NCBI RefSeq assembly: GCF_002113885.1
Contig: NW_018405596.1
Coordinates: 745,718 to 809,717, forward strand
Source: Mizuhopecten yessoensis
Lineage: Eukaryota
DNA: 64,000 nt
Direction of reading: 5' to 3'
Part shown: one piece after another, positions 50,089 to 62,479 of the stretch
How positions within the stretch are numbered: the first letter of the stretch is position 1
Layout of the letters: each line of letters begins with the position of its first letter
Notes under the pieces: generated by a model
What the model was told of the DNA's origin: nothing
The model's database searches: none
Seen by the model: the letters and a program-made list of their open reading frames with translations, nothing else
Position numbers and translations under genes: made by a program

Positions 50089-50182
50089 TGTAACAGAAGT
50101 GGTAAAATGAATGGCTAGACTGGGGTTAAAACCTGGGACCCTCCGAACTCGCAGATGATCGATCCAGTCCAGTTCCGCTACA
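50089..50182 (-). mobile_element. TG..CA-bounded tRNA-like element with TA-rich target duplication (internally deleted)
   Basis: tgtaacagaa...ttccgctaca (8/10 terminal inverted match), flanked by tatata on both sides. Confidence 0.7.
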
Positions 50183-50351
50183 TATATATTCATATATGAT
50201 ACTAAGTAATTTCAACAATTCGATTTACAGTATTCATCCTTCGTTGTAATTGAGTGAACCTCAATTTGCTGAATGTTTCTTGTAATTTGATTTCCTTATT
50301 TGTTCACCTTATCTGTCTGATCCTTGTTGAGCTTATAGGATTCAACCTCTC

Positions 50352-50810
50352 TTTGAGTTCCCATTGTTTGGCCCCATTGTTTGATTTCCCCTTGTTTGCC
50401 CTCGTTTTTTTGAGTTCCCCTTGTTTGGCCTCGTAGTTTAAGTAACCCCATGTTTGACCTTGTTGTTTGAGTTACCCCTTGTTTTTTGAGTTCCCCTTGT
50501 TTGGCCTCGTTGGTTGAGTTACCCCTTGTTTTTTGAGTTCCCCATGTTTGGCCTCGTTGTTTGAGTTACCCCTTGTTTTTTGAGTTCCCCTTGTTTGGCC
50601 TTGTTGGTTGAGTTCCCCTTGTTTGGCCTTGTTGTTTGAGTTACCCCTTGTTTGGCCCCGTTTTTGAGCTACCCTTGTTTGGCCTCGTTGTTTGAGTTAC
50701 CCCTTGTTTAGCCTCGTTGTTTGAGTTACCCCTTGTTTGACCTCATGGTTTGAGTTACCCCTTGTTTGGCCTCTGGTTTGAGTTACCCCTTGTTTGGCCT
50801 CTGGTTTGGG
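50352..50810. repeat. ~29-bp minisatellite (ttgagttaccccttgtttggcctcgttgt)
   Basis: Period 29 (50692, 50721) with interspersed shortened units. Confidence 0.93.
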
Positions 50811-52678
50811 TCACCATGATATTGTTTATCTGACATACTTATTGAGTATTAATGATGGTATGGTCAATTTGTGAAGAACAAGTTGTAAAATAAACAGTAA
50901 ACGTTTCAAGTCTGAAGATATTTTACAGACAAAACCCCAAAGTAATCATTATAAAGAATAAAAAATTCTTTGAGAATAGATAATAGCAGACCATTAAAAC
51001 CCAACCCTCATATTTGTGTTGATGATTCAGCCTATATAAACCTTTGCCAAATTTTACAGGTTTTGAGTTTGATTTTCATTGTTCTTCGGAATTTAGTCAC
51101 TGAAATAGATAGAAAATCTTGTGCATCTGTTGTGCATTTTATCCTGTTTTAAATTAAAAAGTTTGTATTTGTTTTAAAAAGTAGTCTCCATTTCAATTAA
51201 AGTAAGTATGATTTGAAAATAAGCAAACAGTCATGCACATCTAGGGTGGGTAAAAAGTGTACAGGAGTTATACCCTAACCCTATAACCCTATCATGGGGA
51301 TGAAAATTAATTTGTCTGCATTTTGATTCCTTTTTATATAGAGTGTGTTGGCTGCAATAATGAAATTTGTTATGTTGTTATTGGTGCACCGTCTTACAAC
51401 ATTTTAACCTGCTACAGAACAAAATCTCATTGATAAATTGCCATCTGTGGTTAAAAAAAGTATTTAATCGAATTTAAAAAGCTTGGCAACGGCCACCTAG
51501 AGACAGTAAATGCGGAAACTACTTGAAATTTCTACTTTTACAACTCTGATTTTAAACAATTAGACTTATTGGCCTCACTAAAGTGCATTCAGCGCAATTA
51601 TGTTCATGAGTTGCCGGAGTATTTGGAAATCCAAATAAACAATGCTGTGGTAGAACGGAAGTCGGGGTATAATTGTAAAAGCAGGTGGAAACGCCTTTCT
51701 GTGTAAAGTACAGAGTATTATAGAATAGGGAAGGTTTGTATATAGATCTTACTGATGAGTTCATGCACATCCCAAATAGACGTAACTTCTGAACGTCTGG
51801 TCAGCTTTAACAAAGATTAACGGAGATTTGAATGAAGTTATTTCTTCAAATAGCATTCTATAATTTTTAACATAATATAAATTCTGGGATTTCTGTTGAT
51901 CATATGAAGGTAAAATGCTTGAAAATTCACACAAATACAAGTGGATGAGCTACGAAGAGGACAAGTTGACCATACCTGGATTGTGTGGGGTCATGGATGC
52001 ACTGCAGTGTTGATGTGGGGTCTATAGATATGATGTATGGTAGACCTGATTTATGTCAGGGTTGTAGTTGGACTGATATACAGGGAGTAGCCTGGTGTAG
52101 ATAATATACTGTACAATGTAATGCAGCAACCCCTACTTGTGGAGAATGCATAAATTGGGCATGTTCTTATACCGTGGAACACACTTATAATGATATCGTT
52201 TATTATGATATTTTTCCCATGTACCGATTTTTTCCTTCTTTAACTTCGTTAGCAAAAATAATCAAGGAAGTGCTAAAAAATTACAATCGATAAACTGATA
52301 AAATAATGGGTTTGTAAAAACATGTTTCACTGCATATGGTAGGAAGAGAACCTCTAGTGCTAAGGGCTTAAGGTTATATGATACTTTGAACATTTTAAGT
52401 TTAATTTGTATTAGAGTTATCTCCCTTTAACATGGTTTATTTTATCAAACAATGCTCCATTTCTAATGACAATAAGGTTTTTCATCACCAATACACTATG
52501 GAGATTCTAAAAGTGGACATTGACCAGGGATTCTTCTGCTTAAATATCATTTCGGCTACTTAATTCTCTGATAAATGCTTTAAAACAAGATAGATTGTTA
52601 AGAAGGACCTTTATTAAAAAAAATAGGTAAAAATGAAAGCAGATTAAGACGCTTTGATATCCAATAATTTTTCCCAAA

Positions 52679-52769
52679 TTAAATCCTTCACCCCTGAAAT
52701 TTCATAATGAACTAGTCCAACCTTTGAACTGGAGGAGTTCAAATGTGTCTTCAGGGGTGAATGAGTTAA
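52679..52769 (-). mobile_element. TTAA hairpin MITE, subfamily A
   Basis: Full length. Confidence 0.9.
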
Positions 52770-53268
52770 GGAAGATGGCGACTCTCAAAATATCCACCAA
52801 AACACTGACAGCTTTCTTGGTGCTACAATAGATCCATTGTTCCATTGTTATAGAATGGTTTGCTGGCCTGGGTGTTGTAAAATACATCTGTATTGTTCCA
52901 GGTAGAGAGGATGCTGTATCACCAACACAATGCAAGCAGTACAGGAAGATGCCTAAATCTGTTCAGCATGTAGGGCATGATTTATAGCCATCCTTGCAGT
53001 ATGTCTAGTTGATGTACTACGAGGGAGAAGAACCATAGGTTATACATTATATGCATATTCTACATGTATTTACACAGGCTGAAGATCAGCACATAACTAC
53101 CAAAATAAAAGTACAGATGTACGGAGACTGAAAACGACAAAAATTGACGAGCTATCAAAACAGCTTTGTTAATGATGTAGTGAAAGATTCATTGGAAAAA
53201 ACATGAAATCAGACTTTCCTTTTCACCTGCTGTTGTTCCCTCAGATACTGGAAAAAAGTTGGCTCGGT

Positions 53269-53359
53269 TTACCTCCCTCACCCATGAAGATGCATTTGAA
53301 CTGTTCCAATTCAAATGTTGGACTAGTTCATTATGAAATTTCAGGGGTGAATGAATTAA
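53269..53359 (+). mobile_element. TTAA hairpin MITE, subfamily A (diverged)
   Basis: Full length. Confidence 0.87.
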
Positions 53360-53931
53360 TCAAGTTTCATAAGGATAACAGTAATGACACAGCAAAGCTG
53401 TATGAACTTTCACTTTATGTTTCACTTTCCAGATAATTCATGTTGTCTTCCTGTTTGTTTTGGTAAAGATCTGCTTTTCACCTCCCAATGCATCTATTTC
53501 CATGACCCTTTCAACCTTTAAGTACTAATCATCAAAACTAGAAATGCTACACAATTCAAGCCATAGGCAATATTGTTTTCTGTCATGAGGCCCTTCATTT
53601 TCTCTTTATTTTCTTAAAAGACCACATTATTTGTCCTAAGAATTCTGTAATTCAATTTACAGCCTTAAACAGTAGGTGTATCTAATTAGTTCTAGATATT
53701 GTGAGGGAACTCTTTTCTTTTCTTCCTAAACGCTAATCACATGACTTTTACAGCCATTTTGTACTCCGTGACCTCTGAAATAATTTAGATGCACATAACC
53801 TAACATTACGGCAAACATATAAAGGACTTTGTGTCAAAGGATCATTGTTACGTCTCATAACTCGAATTTAGGATTTCCATACAGATCTGCCTTTATCATT
53901 CAGTGTTATTCTTATGCAGATAATTTCAAAA

Positions 53932-54022
53932 TCAAACCTTTCACTCCTATGTAACTTTAGTAGACTCTACCATGTGTTTATGGGGGTTAGTCCTTTATGG
54001 TCTACGGTGGTGAAAGGGTTAA
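53932..54022 (-). mobile_element. TTAA hairpin MITE, subfamily B
   Basis: Reverse complement of 26572-26662 (tatgtaact...tagactctaccatg...ggtgaaaggg-ttaa). Confidence 0.85.
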
Positions 54023-54210
54023 CATATATAGCTAGATACATCTAAGATTGATGGTGGTGGTTAAATGATTATGGATGTGTTCATGGGAAACCCCCTGACC
54101 AAGGAAATGATCTGAAGAGTGGCTTATAAACAAAAAGATCGCTGTCCTTTATGCACTATAGTTTTTCTAATATTACAGTAACTTCTCCTCCATTTTGTTT
54201 TGAATATAAC

Positions 54211-54482
54211 TGTAGCAGATTTATACGGGCCAGGACACTTCCAATGACCATGTGTAGCTCAGTCGGTTGGAGTAGTAGTATACTCTGAATTCTAGGGTTT
54301 GAATGGGGTCAAACCAGTTCCCAATGACTAATATTTTAGTGGGTTGGAACAGTAGTGCTACAATATTAAGGCCAGGGTTGGAGCAGTAGTGCTACAATAT
54401 TAAGGCCAGGGTTGGAGCAGTTAAGTGCTACAATATTAAGGCCAGGGTTGGAATCTTTGTCTAGCCACACTACCTTGTTATA
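54211..54482 (+). mobile_element. tRNA-promoter element (TG start) with an internal 33-bp triplication
   Basis: tgtagcaga..., A box tagctcagtcggttggag, then gggttggagcagtagtgctacaatattaaggcca x3, ends cttgttata. Confidence 0.6.
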
Positions 54483-55031
54483 TTCAGAACACTGTTGTTG
54501 ATTATGTTTTGTTTATTTCATCTTAATTATTTTTCATAAAAATCCTGCAAGTTATGGTTTTCTTTACAGAAACGATTTATCAAAGCTATAGTCATCCGGG
54601 AAAAAAACAGTTCTCAATACTTAGTTAAGAGTTTTTGCCGGTGGAAGGTGGATCCTTGAAGGAGACAAATGCTAGCAACGAGTGAAACTTTGTACAAGTA
54701 GGATAATGAATTGGCCTAGCTAACACCTATATTATATACAGAGTTAGGTTGGGGAGTGATAACATTTGATATATGACTGTAATCGCCGATGGTACATTAC
54801 TCTCACACACAGGTGTCATTGAACTAAGTTAGTGCTGCGCTGCTGCAATTGTGAAATCCATTGAAAAGATTTTTCATTTTTTTTAGCTTCATTATAGTTC
54901 TTATTCAAGAAATTGTGAAATATTCTTGTATGTCATAATGTCTATAAGTAGATGTTTTCATTTCAAAATATTTTATTAAAACAATCAGATTTAATAGGAA
55001 TTGGGCATATTAGAGGTCATTGTTTCTCATC

Positions 55032-55122
55032 TTAACTCATTTACCCCTGAAATTTCATAATGAACTATTCCAACCTTTGAATTGGAAGAGTTCAAATGTG
55101 TCTTCAGGGGTGAATGAGTTAA
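55032..55122 (-). mobile_element. TTAA hairpin MITE, subfamily A (near consensus)
   Basis: Full length with TTAA on both sides. Confidence 0.93.
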
Positions 55123-55936
55123 TATCTTCCCGATTATATTTTCTTTGTCTTGGTGGGTTTATCGTTTTTCTAATAGAGATTTTCTTTGCTCGTCTCTCCT
55201 TGTATCTGTTTTAGCTTATACTGATACACAAATTATCTTCCGTACTTTTTATGTATTAGTCAGCTTGTATAACTGATGGATTCCTGTTTTTGTATCTCGG
55301 TCAGTTTTTATAGAACAATTTCTATATGGTTCTCATGGAGTCATAAATAGTTGATCCTGCTCCGAGTGTGACCCTTTATGTAGCTGAACATTTCAGTCGA
55401 CACCCAGGCAGTCATCATGTCGCTCCAACACATGGAGGAGGTCGAAGGTCGTGATGAGGGATAAAGAGTCTGGTTGATATACATGTGATTACAATTGTGG
55501 TACAGTTAGGGGAATGACGTAACACAATAACTGTCAGAACCGATATACTTCGGAGTAGGAACATCATATTCATAGTGTCTGTACCATTGTTTCACCCACT
55601 GTGTAGGCTGATGAACAGGTTTACTTGTACTGTCCAAGTGGCAAAAACATTTTTAGGGAAGAAAATTATATAAATCAAGAGTGCAATTTCTGTGTTCCAA
55701 AATATTTCAAAAGTTGTGTAGTTTTCAAAGAAATGCCATTCATTGAAATAAAAATGTTATTTCACAAAGAAAATCCAAAATGTTGCACAAAAAACTTGAA
55801 AATACTAGTAAGGTGCAAAACATCGACTCCAAAGTTTGGGGGTGAATTTGGCGGGGACAGAGAATTGGTGTATCTGGGTAAATGAGATATCAAACTATAT
55901 TTATGCAGAATCCTTTTTAAATTGTCCGATCTGTAG

Positions 55937-56027
55937 TTAACGTATTCACCCCTGAAGACACATTTGAACTCTTCCAATTCAAAGGTTGGAATAGTTCATT
56001 ATGAAACTTTAGGGGTGAATGAGTCTA
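55937..56027 (+). mobile_element. TTAA hairpin MITE, subfamily A
   Basis: Full length. Confidence 0.9.
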
Positions 56028-58056
56028 CAGAAGTGTCTTAGATACATTGAATATTTTAGATAAACCTTTAAAACGGAAACATATCTAGTGGTGCTGATAT
56101 TTATTGGGGCCTAAAGATAATCTTTCATGAAGTGTTGGAGTCACAAGCTTGAGAAGGCTTCTGTAAAGACATCCTTTTAGAAAAATGGCTGCATGGGGTG
56201 ATAAAAATACTTAGACGTGCAACATTTCTGAAGTTATTACAGCTCTTTAAGCTTTAAGTCTTTAAGAAATGTATGAAGAATTCATGGAATATTTAACAAG
56301 TTTACAAATTACTGAAATACTTCCCGAAATAATCTCCCAGGCACGTGTAGAAAGCTGCATCCTGTAGATTTGGTAGTACGAGTATATAAGTATAGATTTG
56401 ATCTTTATTATACACCTGACCTGGATACCCAGAAATAATCGGCACATTCTGTTTCAATTTTCAGCACTTGATTAAAGATGTTTCCTCTTTGTTGGGTAGT
56501 ATCAGTAAGGCAGTGGATCAAACACTATTCATCAATGGAAAAAAATCTTAACAATTATTGGGGATCGTCATCTTTTGAAGTCTGTAGGAGCTATGTATAT
56601 TAGGCTAATTAAGAAAGTACCACAAGTTTTTTTGTAATATTGTAGAGTGCTTGAAGTTTTATTATGTATTTTGTTGCCTGTTTCTAATACAGTAGGTCAG
56701 TTACTGTAAATATAACTTGTGCGTGTATCACCAATAAACAGTAAATGATTATTTGATTTTGGTAATGCCACTTGGCTCCTTTCTGCTCTCTAGCGATTCA
56801 TTCAGTTTGATCAGGTATTGAATGAAGATTTTCTCTTTTCTTTCTAGTAACTAAGCGACTTTTCTATTAATTGTTGCATTATTTATCTTGTGCTTGGTCC
56901 TGTAATTTGCTTCAAGTAGATTTTTTGTTTCAAACAAGTTCAAAAGTCTTAGAAACATTGTATTTACTGCATCTTATGCACGTCATACGTAAACAGGAAA
57001 TTTAGGGTGAATACGTAAGTGGAATTCAAAATATGACATAAATTAGATCAAATTAGCCACAAATTTATGCCATAGAATAATTTATCATTCATACTACATG
57101 TCATATTAATTTCAATGAAAGCACTATATCGGGAGATGTAATTTAGAAATTCAGAATCCAAATTTAATCAAATTGGCAATAACGTTTATGACCTTGAAGT
57201 TTATTTTTTATTTTTCTGACTCCCATCTGCTGTACCACATTGTGTTAAACGTTAGGCTGACCTCATCGATGCCTAAATAAGGAAGTATGGCAGTTTTTAC
57301 CCCTCCCTATGTACAGGAAACAAGTGGTGTGTTATATTGACCCTGGGAAAGTGAACTGGGGCGTGCTTCAGGGTCGATTGAAACCATGACTCTATGCAGT
57401 TATTGCCAATCGTCTGTTGTTCTCATCACTGTGGCACATACCACACACAAAAGCTTGCTTCGTCATCACAATCAGGGTCAGCTGATTATGTCATACCCTA
57501 ACTTAAACCATCATAGGATGCAAACATCTTGAAGACCTAGATTTGGCAGGCAGATGGCATGGAAACTCATTTTAAGCATAGAGCATCATGTGAAAGTTGG
57601 TGTCCCTGAAGTATTGTTTCTTTGTCACGTATGATGATTCAGTTGGTAGCAAGATTGAGATATTTCATGACTTTGACCGATTTCCAAACAATGCATTTTT
57701 CTCCGACCTAAATTACACTGATCTTTACACATGTTTGTAACAAGTAGAATGGTAGATCATTTTACATGATTTATTTTCATTTAGCTCTGATGAAATGCAT
57801 ATCTGCTTAATATGTCCTGATGAGGCATTTATAAAAATGGATTTTAAACCGTTTGAAAGTTAACTGAAAGTTTATCCTGGTAGCAATAAGTACAAGTTTG
57901 GAAGATGGACTTAAATTGTAAACTCAATGAGAATGTCAATGATTTTGTATTACAGACTATTTTACAGTTGGGTCAGCTAAGGTGAACCACTAATCGGCAT
58001 CTACATGTCATTATAAATTCACCTAAAGGAGATTCCAGGAGTTAAAAATAGGATTG

Positions 58057-58585
58057 ATTCTACACCCAATCCTTACTTTACCCATAGGACCAATTCCACA
58101 CCCAATCCTTATTTTACCCATAGGACCAATTCCACACCCAATCCTTACTTTACCCATAGGACCAATTCCACACCCAATCCTTACTTTACCCGTAGGACCA
58201 ATTCTACACCCAATCCTTACTTTACCCGTAGGACCAATTCTACACCCAATCCTTACTTTACCCATAGGACCAATTCTACACCCAATCCTTACTTTACCCA
58301 TAGGACCAATTCCACACCAAATCCTTACTTTACCCATAGGACCAATTCCACACCAAATCCTTACTTTACCCATAGGACCAATTCTACACCCAATCCTTTC
58401 TTTAATCATAGGACCAATTCTACACCCAATCCTTTCTTTACCCGTAGGACCAATTCTACACCCAATCCTTACTTTACCCATAGGACCAATTCCACACCCA
58501 ATCCTTACTTTACCCATAGGACCAATTCCACACCAAATCCTTACTTTACCCATAGGACCAATTCCACACACAATCCTTACTTTAC
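58057..58585. repeat. 36-bp minisatellite (att(c/t)acacccaatccttactttacccataggacca-type), ~14.7 copies
   Basis: Period 36; source of the HPILTLPIGPI and CGIGPMGKVRI ORFs. Confidence 0.97.
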
Positions 58586-58845
58586 TAATTTTGCTTTATC
58601 TGGGAAGCGTAAATGCTCAGAATCAAAATGAGAGTTGAATATATAGCAAAAGGACATAACTCAATGCTACTCAAAGCGTTAGTTTCTATATATAACAGAG
58701 AATGCTCAAATAAATAAACAGCTTCTAAGTGGAAATTTTCTGAGTGTATAACTGCATGGTGCAGTGGTACGCTTTACATTAAGTTTGCTGAAATCACTGC
58801 ATGAACAATTCCATTACCTGCATGAGTCTTAGCATTTGGTTGTTT

Positions 58846-58880
58846 CTGGGCCTGGGCCTGGGCCTGAACCTGGGCCTGAA
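58846..58880. repeat. (CTGGGC)n hexamer microsatellite
   Basis: ctgggcctgggcctgggcctgaacctgggcctgaa. Confidence 0.8.
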
Positions 58881-61800
58881 GAAATGAAACAGTTCTCATG
58901 CTCAAGCCTAATTTCTTGTTCCAGTTATAAAATTTCCAAAAAATATAATTTTTCAATGATTTGGAGAAAAAAAAATGAAGAGTCGACTTAAAGCGAGATA
59001 CTGTTTAAATGTTTACATTTGACTTTTTGATTGTTTTACATGATTTAGGTAAGTATCAAGAAATTTGGTTTGGGCACAGAATCCATGCTTGAGCAAAGGA
59101 TTGGTTTCATGAATATCGGCCCTGGTCTTATTAAGAAAATACACAAAAAAGAAGTGTTAGATAATGTGTTGATCAAGTTAACCACACATTGTCCCGGATC
59201 CTGTGTCCTGACAGTGTGGTATTAGTGAGGTAAACTTTCTCTGTTACCTACTTACCGGGGGATAATCTCTTAAAATATAGGTCACCTGGATTTCTATCCA
59301 TACACAGGTACACACCTGTTTTTTTGTTGTTATTTATTGGTTATATACCTGTCATTATTCAACAGGTTTGCTAATATATATATACACATAAGGCTAGGTC
59401 ATTGATCTATTACAGCAACAGGTCTGATGATCAATTTGTTGAACGTAACACAATAAAAAACATTTGTAATAATACATCTGTCAAACCAGCTCTAAACAAA
59501 AATAGGCATTGTTCTATGTGTGTGTTACAGTGATTTTGCTTTTGAACCTGGAGTTTGGAGGTGGGATAGGGAGTAGGGGAATTAGGGACTGTAAGCTTTA
59601 AAGTTTTTTTCCAGCAACCATTCTCAATATAGACAGCACTGCTTTCAAAACCAGGGGCAGCAACAGAAAATAGTTTGCCTGTATTTAAAATCTCATCTGC
59701 ATCAATCTATTCATATCTTAGGTTTGGTTTTGTCCATTTTGAAATTGAAAAAAAAAAGAAAAAAAAATCTATTTACCTAAGTTCTTAATTCCTACATAGC
59801 TATTTTTAATGAATTTACAATTTTGTACCCGGTTCTTACATGTGTTTTTAAAATTTTGAAGAAAATATATTGTGCTGAAAACTTCAGAGTCTTAGTATTT
59901 AAAAAAAAGTTTGGTCCTTATTTAGGTAGATCTGGTGACCCAGATACTATATTACTTAACCTCCGTGTATATTAATAAGTTTGTTCACCCGAGGCTGAAG
60001 TCTGAAGTTTTTTTACTTCATAAATGAAATATCTTTTTTTTTATCTCGGTATAAGGCATTGTGTCCGCCGATTGTCAGAATGATTACCATATTCATGGGC
60101 CGGCAGTGTTGAGATTTTTCGTGGCTTTGCGAACATTGAAACTGACGGACACCGAAACAGAAAATCCAGATGTTTTACACGATACTCTTGAATGACTTGT
60201 CAATCTTCACAATGGTCGCCTGTCTGTTTGAAAAGTTTAGAATTCCTTCAGTCGAAGGCTGATGACCCTTTCGTCCTTCGATGTCAAGAGGAGAAAGCCC
60301 AAACTACTGTAAACGAATATCTTCGTTGATCTTTGGGCGCGTTCTTTGTTGTTAAACAGTGTTTTTGTCCGCTAAGTATTACCTTTTTAAACCAGGTTTT
60401 GTGCTTTGTCAAACACATCTGATGGTAGATATTTAGTACAAACCAGTTGTGTGTCTGACCATTAATAGCAAATTGTTTATTGTACTTGTGCGACTTTGGC
60501 CGGTAATTTATTGCATTCAATCCTACCATCTGTTTATTGACACACCTACCTGAAAATCAATGTTTTATTTCCCGTTTTATAGATCATTACTTCCTTCACG
60601 CTTGTAAAATTTAAAATGGATTTAAATGTTTGTGGCAGATACACTTTATTATTTTATGATAATGGTTGTATTTGAAAGTGTAATTGCATGTTCTATTTTA
60701 TTATAAAAAAACAATGTGTTAGGCAATATTATTTTAATGGGTTTCCAGTTCATATGAAATGATAGAATGTCGAAAAATTTGCATTGAAGAACTTTTAATG
60801 AAAACTTTAAAATACTAGCACCTTGATTTCTAGATATTATAAAGACAATACAATGCTTACTGGTTAATCATTATTTCTTGCATCCTTCACAGGTGTGTCT
60901 CCCGTTTTAGCCGGGAGAGATCATCTTGTCACCCCTAGGGGGAGATAGCCTCATGCCGATTAATTAGCACATGTTTAATTGTGACGTCATTAAATGCGCC
61001 ACCGTAATTGTGAAGTCATCAAAAGTGATTGACGATATTCATACCCCACATGTGTTTTGTTTACAAACATGGCAGATTATCGACGGTGGAATTGTGACTG
61101 AAATGATAGGATGGGAGAAATATAATCATCCCCTACCTTGAGGGTGTGACGGAGAAATTAATCTCTCATCCAATTTATAGTATTGATCGGCAGAATATGA
61201 CTTGAACTCCCTGACATTATAAAATCTGGTTTAAATTTTTATGAATACATTTTTAGATAGGTTCTATGTTTAAACTTAATCACGGAAGATTGCCAAAGGT
61301 GCTTATTACATTTGTACATAGTAATTGTTAATAGAAAAAAAATTGAAACAGTGGTATATATTGCCAACGTGCTAATTCCCTGTGCACCTGTATTTTGATA
61401 TAGAAACTTCTCTAAAACAGAGGTCAAGAATCCGGCAGGACATATCACTATCATGTAGTGCAGTACGTTGCATGTGTAACGAATGTTAAAAAAATTGATC
61501 CGCAGAATTACAGGGTGAAACTGTCCGGAACAATTAGACTGGATCCATTATATGCTTACAGAGATCACAGGCAATTCCATTGTAGTTCAAAGTCAGCCAA
61601 TAATGTCCTTTTTAGGTGAATTGTGTTACCAGTTTTAATTAGCGTTATGTACGCGTAAGGTAAATTTGCACCTAGTGACCTGTTTTGGTAATGTATAAGA
61701 AATCCCCCCTCTGCCAGCTAGATACGTACGTGGTGCATGGCGCAGTGCCGATTCAGGTAATTTGAACAGACATGTACGTACAACATCTTGCATTAAGGGC

Positions 61801-62181
61801 ATATTTCACAAAGACGAAAAAGCATCAGTTCTATACATTTTGTGGACATTTGACCTTAAAAGATAGAAATGCAGTCATTTTTACTGTATTTTATTTAAAT
61901 CTGTATAGAATATTTACAGCTGATTTGGCGAGTGAAGTAAGTTTAGATTATAGATATGTAATACAGTGAACCTAGTGGTACCTAAACCTGTTTATTTGTT
62001 AACATCAGAGAACTCCCAGAATTACCAGATTTGACCTAATAACGAAGCACCCTTCCTCCTCATCATAACCACGTCTGTCACTATCAGGATTTCATTGCTG
62101 GTTAAAATTCTTATATTGACTATGTTGTTCATGAATTCTTCCTTTGAAGTACAAATATCCAGGACCATTTAGGACACTTGT

Positions 62182-62272
62182 TTAACTCATTCACCCCTGA
62201 AGACACATTTGAACTCTTCCAATTCAAAGATTGGAATAGTCCATTATGAAATTTCAGGGGTGAATGAGTTAA
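62182..62272 (+). mobile_element. TTAA hairpin MITE, subfamily A (near consensus)
   Basis: Perfect 20-bp terminal inverted repeat including TTAA. Confidence 0.93.
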
Positions 62273-62388
62273 GTTTACAATTCTTTATTTCAAAAGTCCT
62301 ACTTATCACAAGAATACAGTATTATTCAATAACTCATGTCATATAGTTTGTGGACAAACTGTTGAACTAGGACCTTTTGTGATACCTT

Positions 62389-62479
62389 ATAACCCATTCA
62401 CCCCTGAAGACACATTTGAACTCTTCCAATTCAAAGGTTGGAATAGTTCTTTATGAAATTTCAGGGGTCAATGAGTTAA
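62389..62479 (+). mobile_element. TTAA hairpin MITE, subfamily A
   Basis: Full length. Confidence 0.9.

Noticed and set aside
51273-51292. Telomere-like ccctaaccctataaccct
   Set aside because: Too short and imperfect to call an interstitial telomeric array.
58023-58638. 182-aa and 194-aa repetitive ORFs on both strands
   Set aside because: 36-bp tandem repeat open on both strands, with non-ATG starts and no coding signature.
49569-60945. Candidate second exons after acceptors at ~49568, ~54569 and ~60892
   Set aside because: Each phase-1 frame hits a stop within about 25 codons without a good donor.
25596-62479. Dispersed palindromes as CRISPR repeats, REP elements or integron attC sites
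   Set aside because: Eukaryotic context, irregular spacing, both orientations, TTAA duplications, and no cas, integrase or cassette ORFs.
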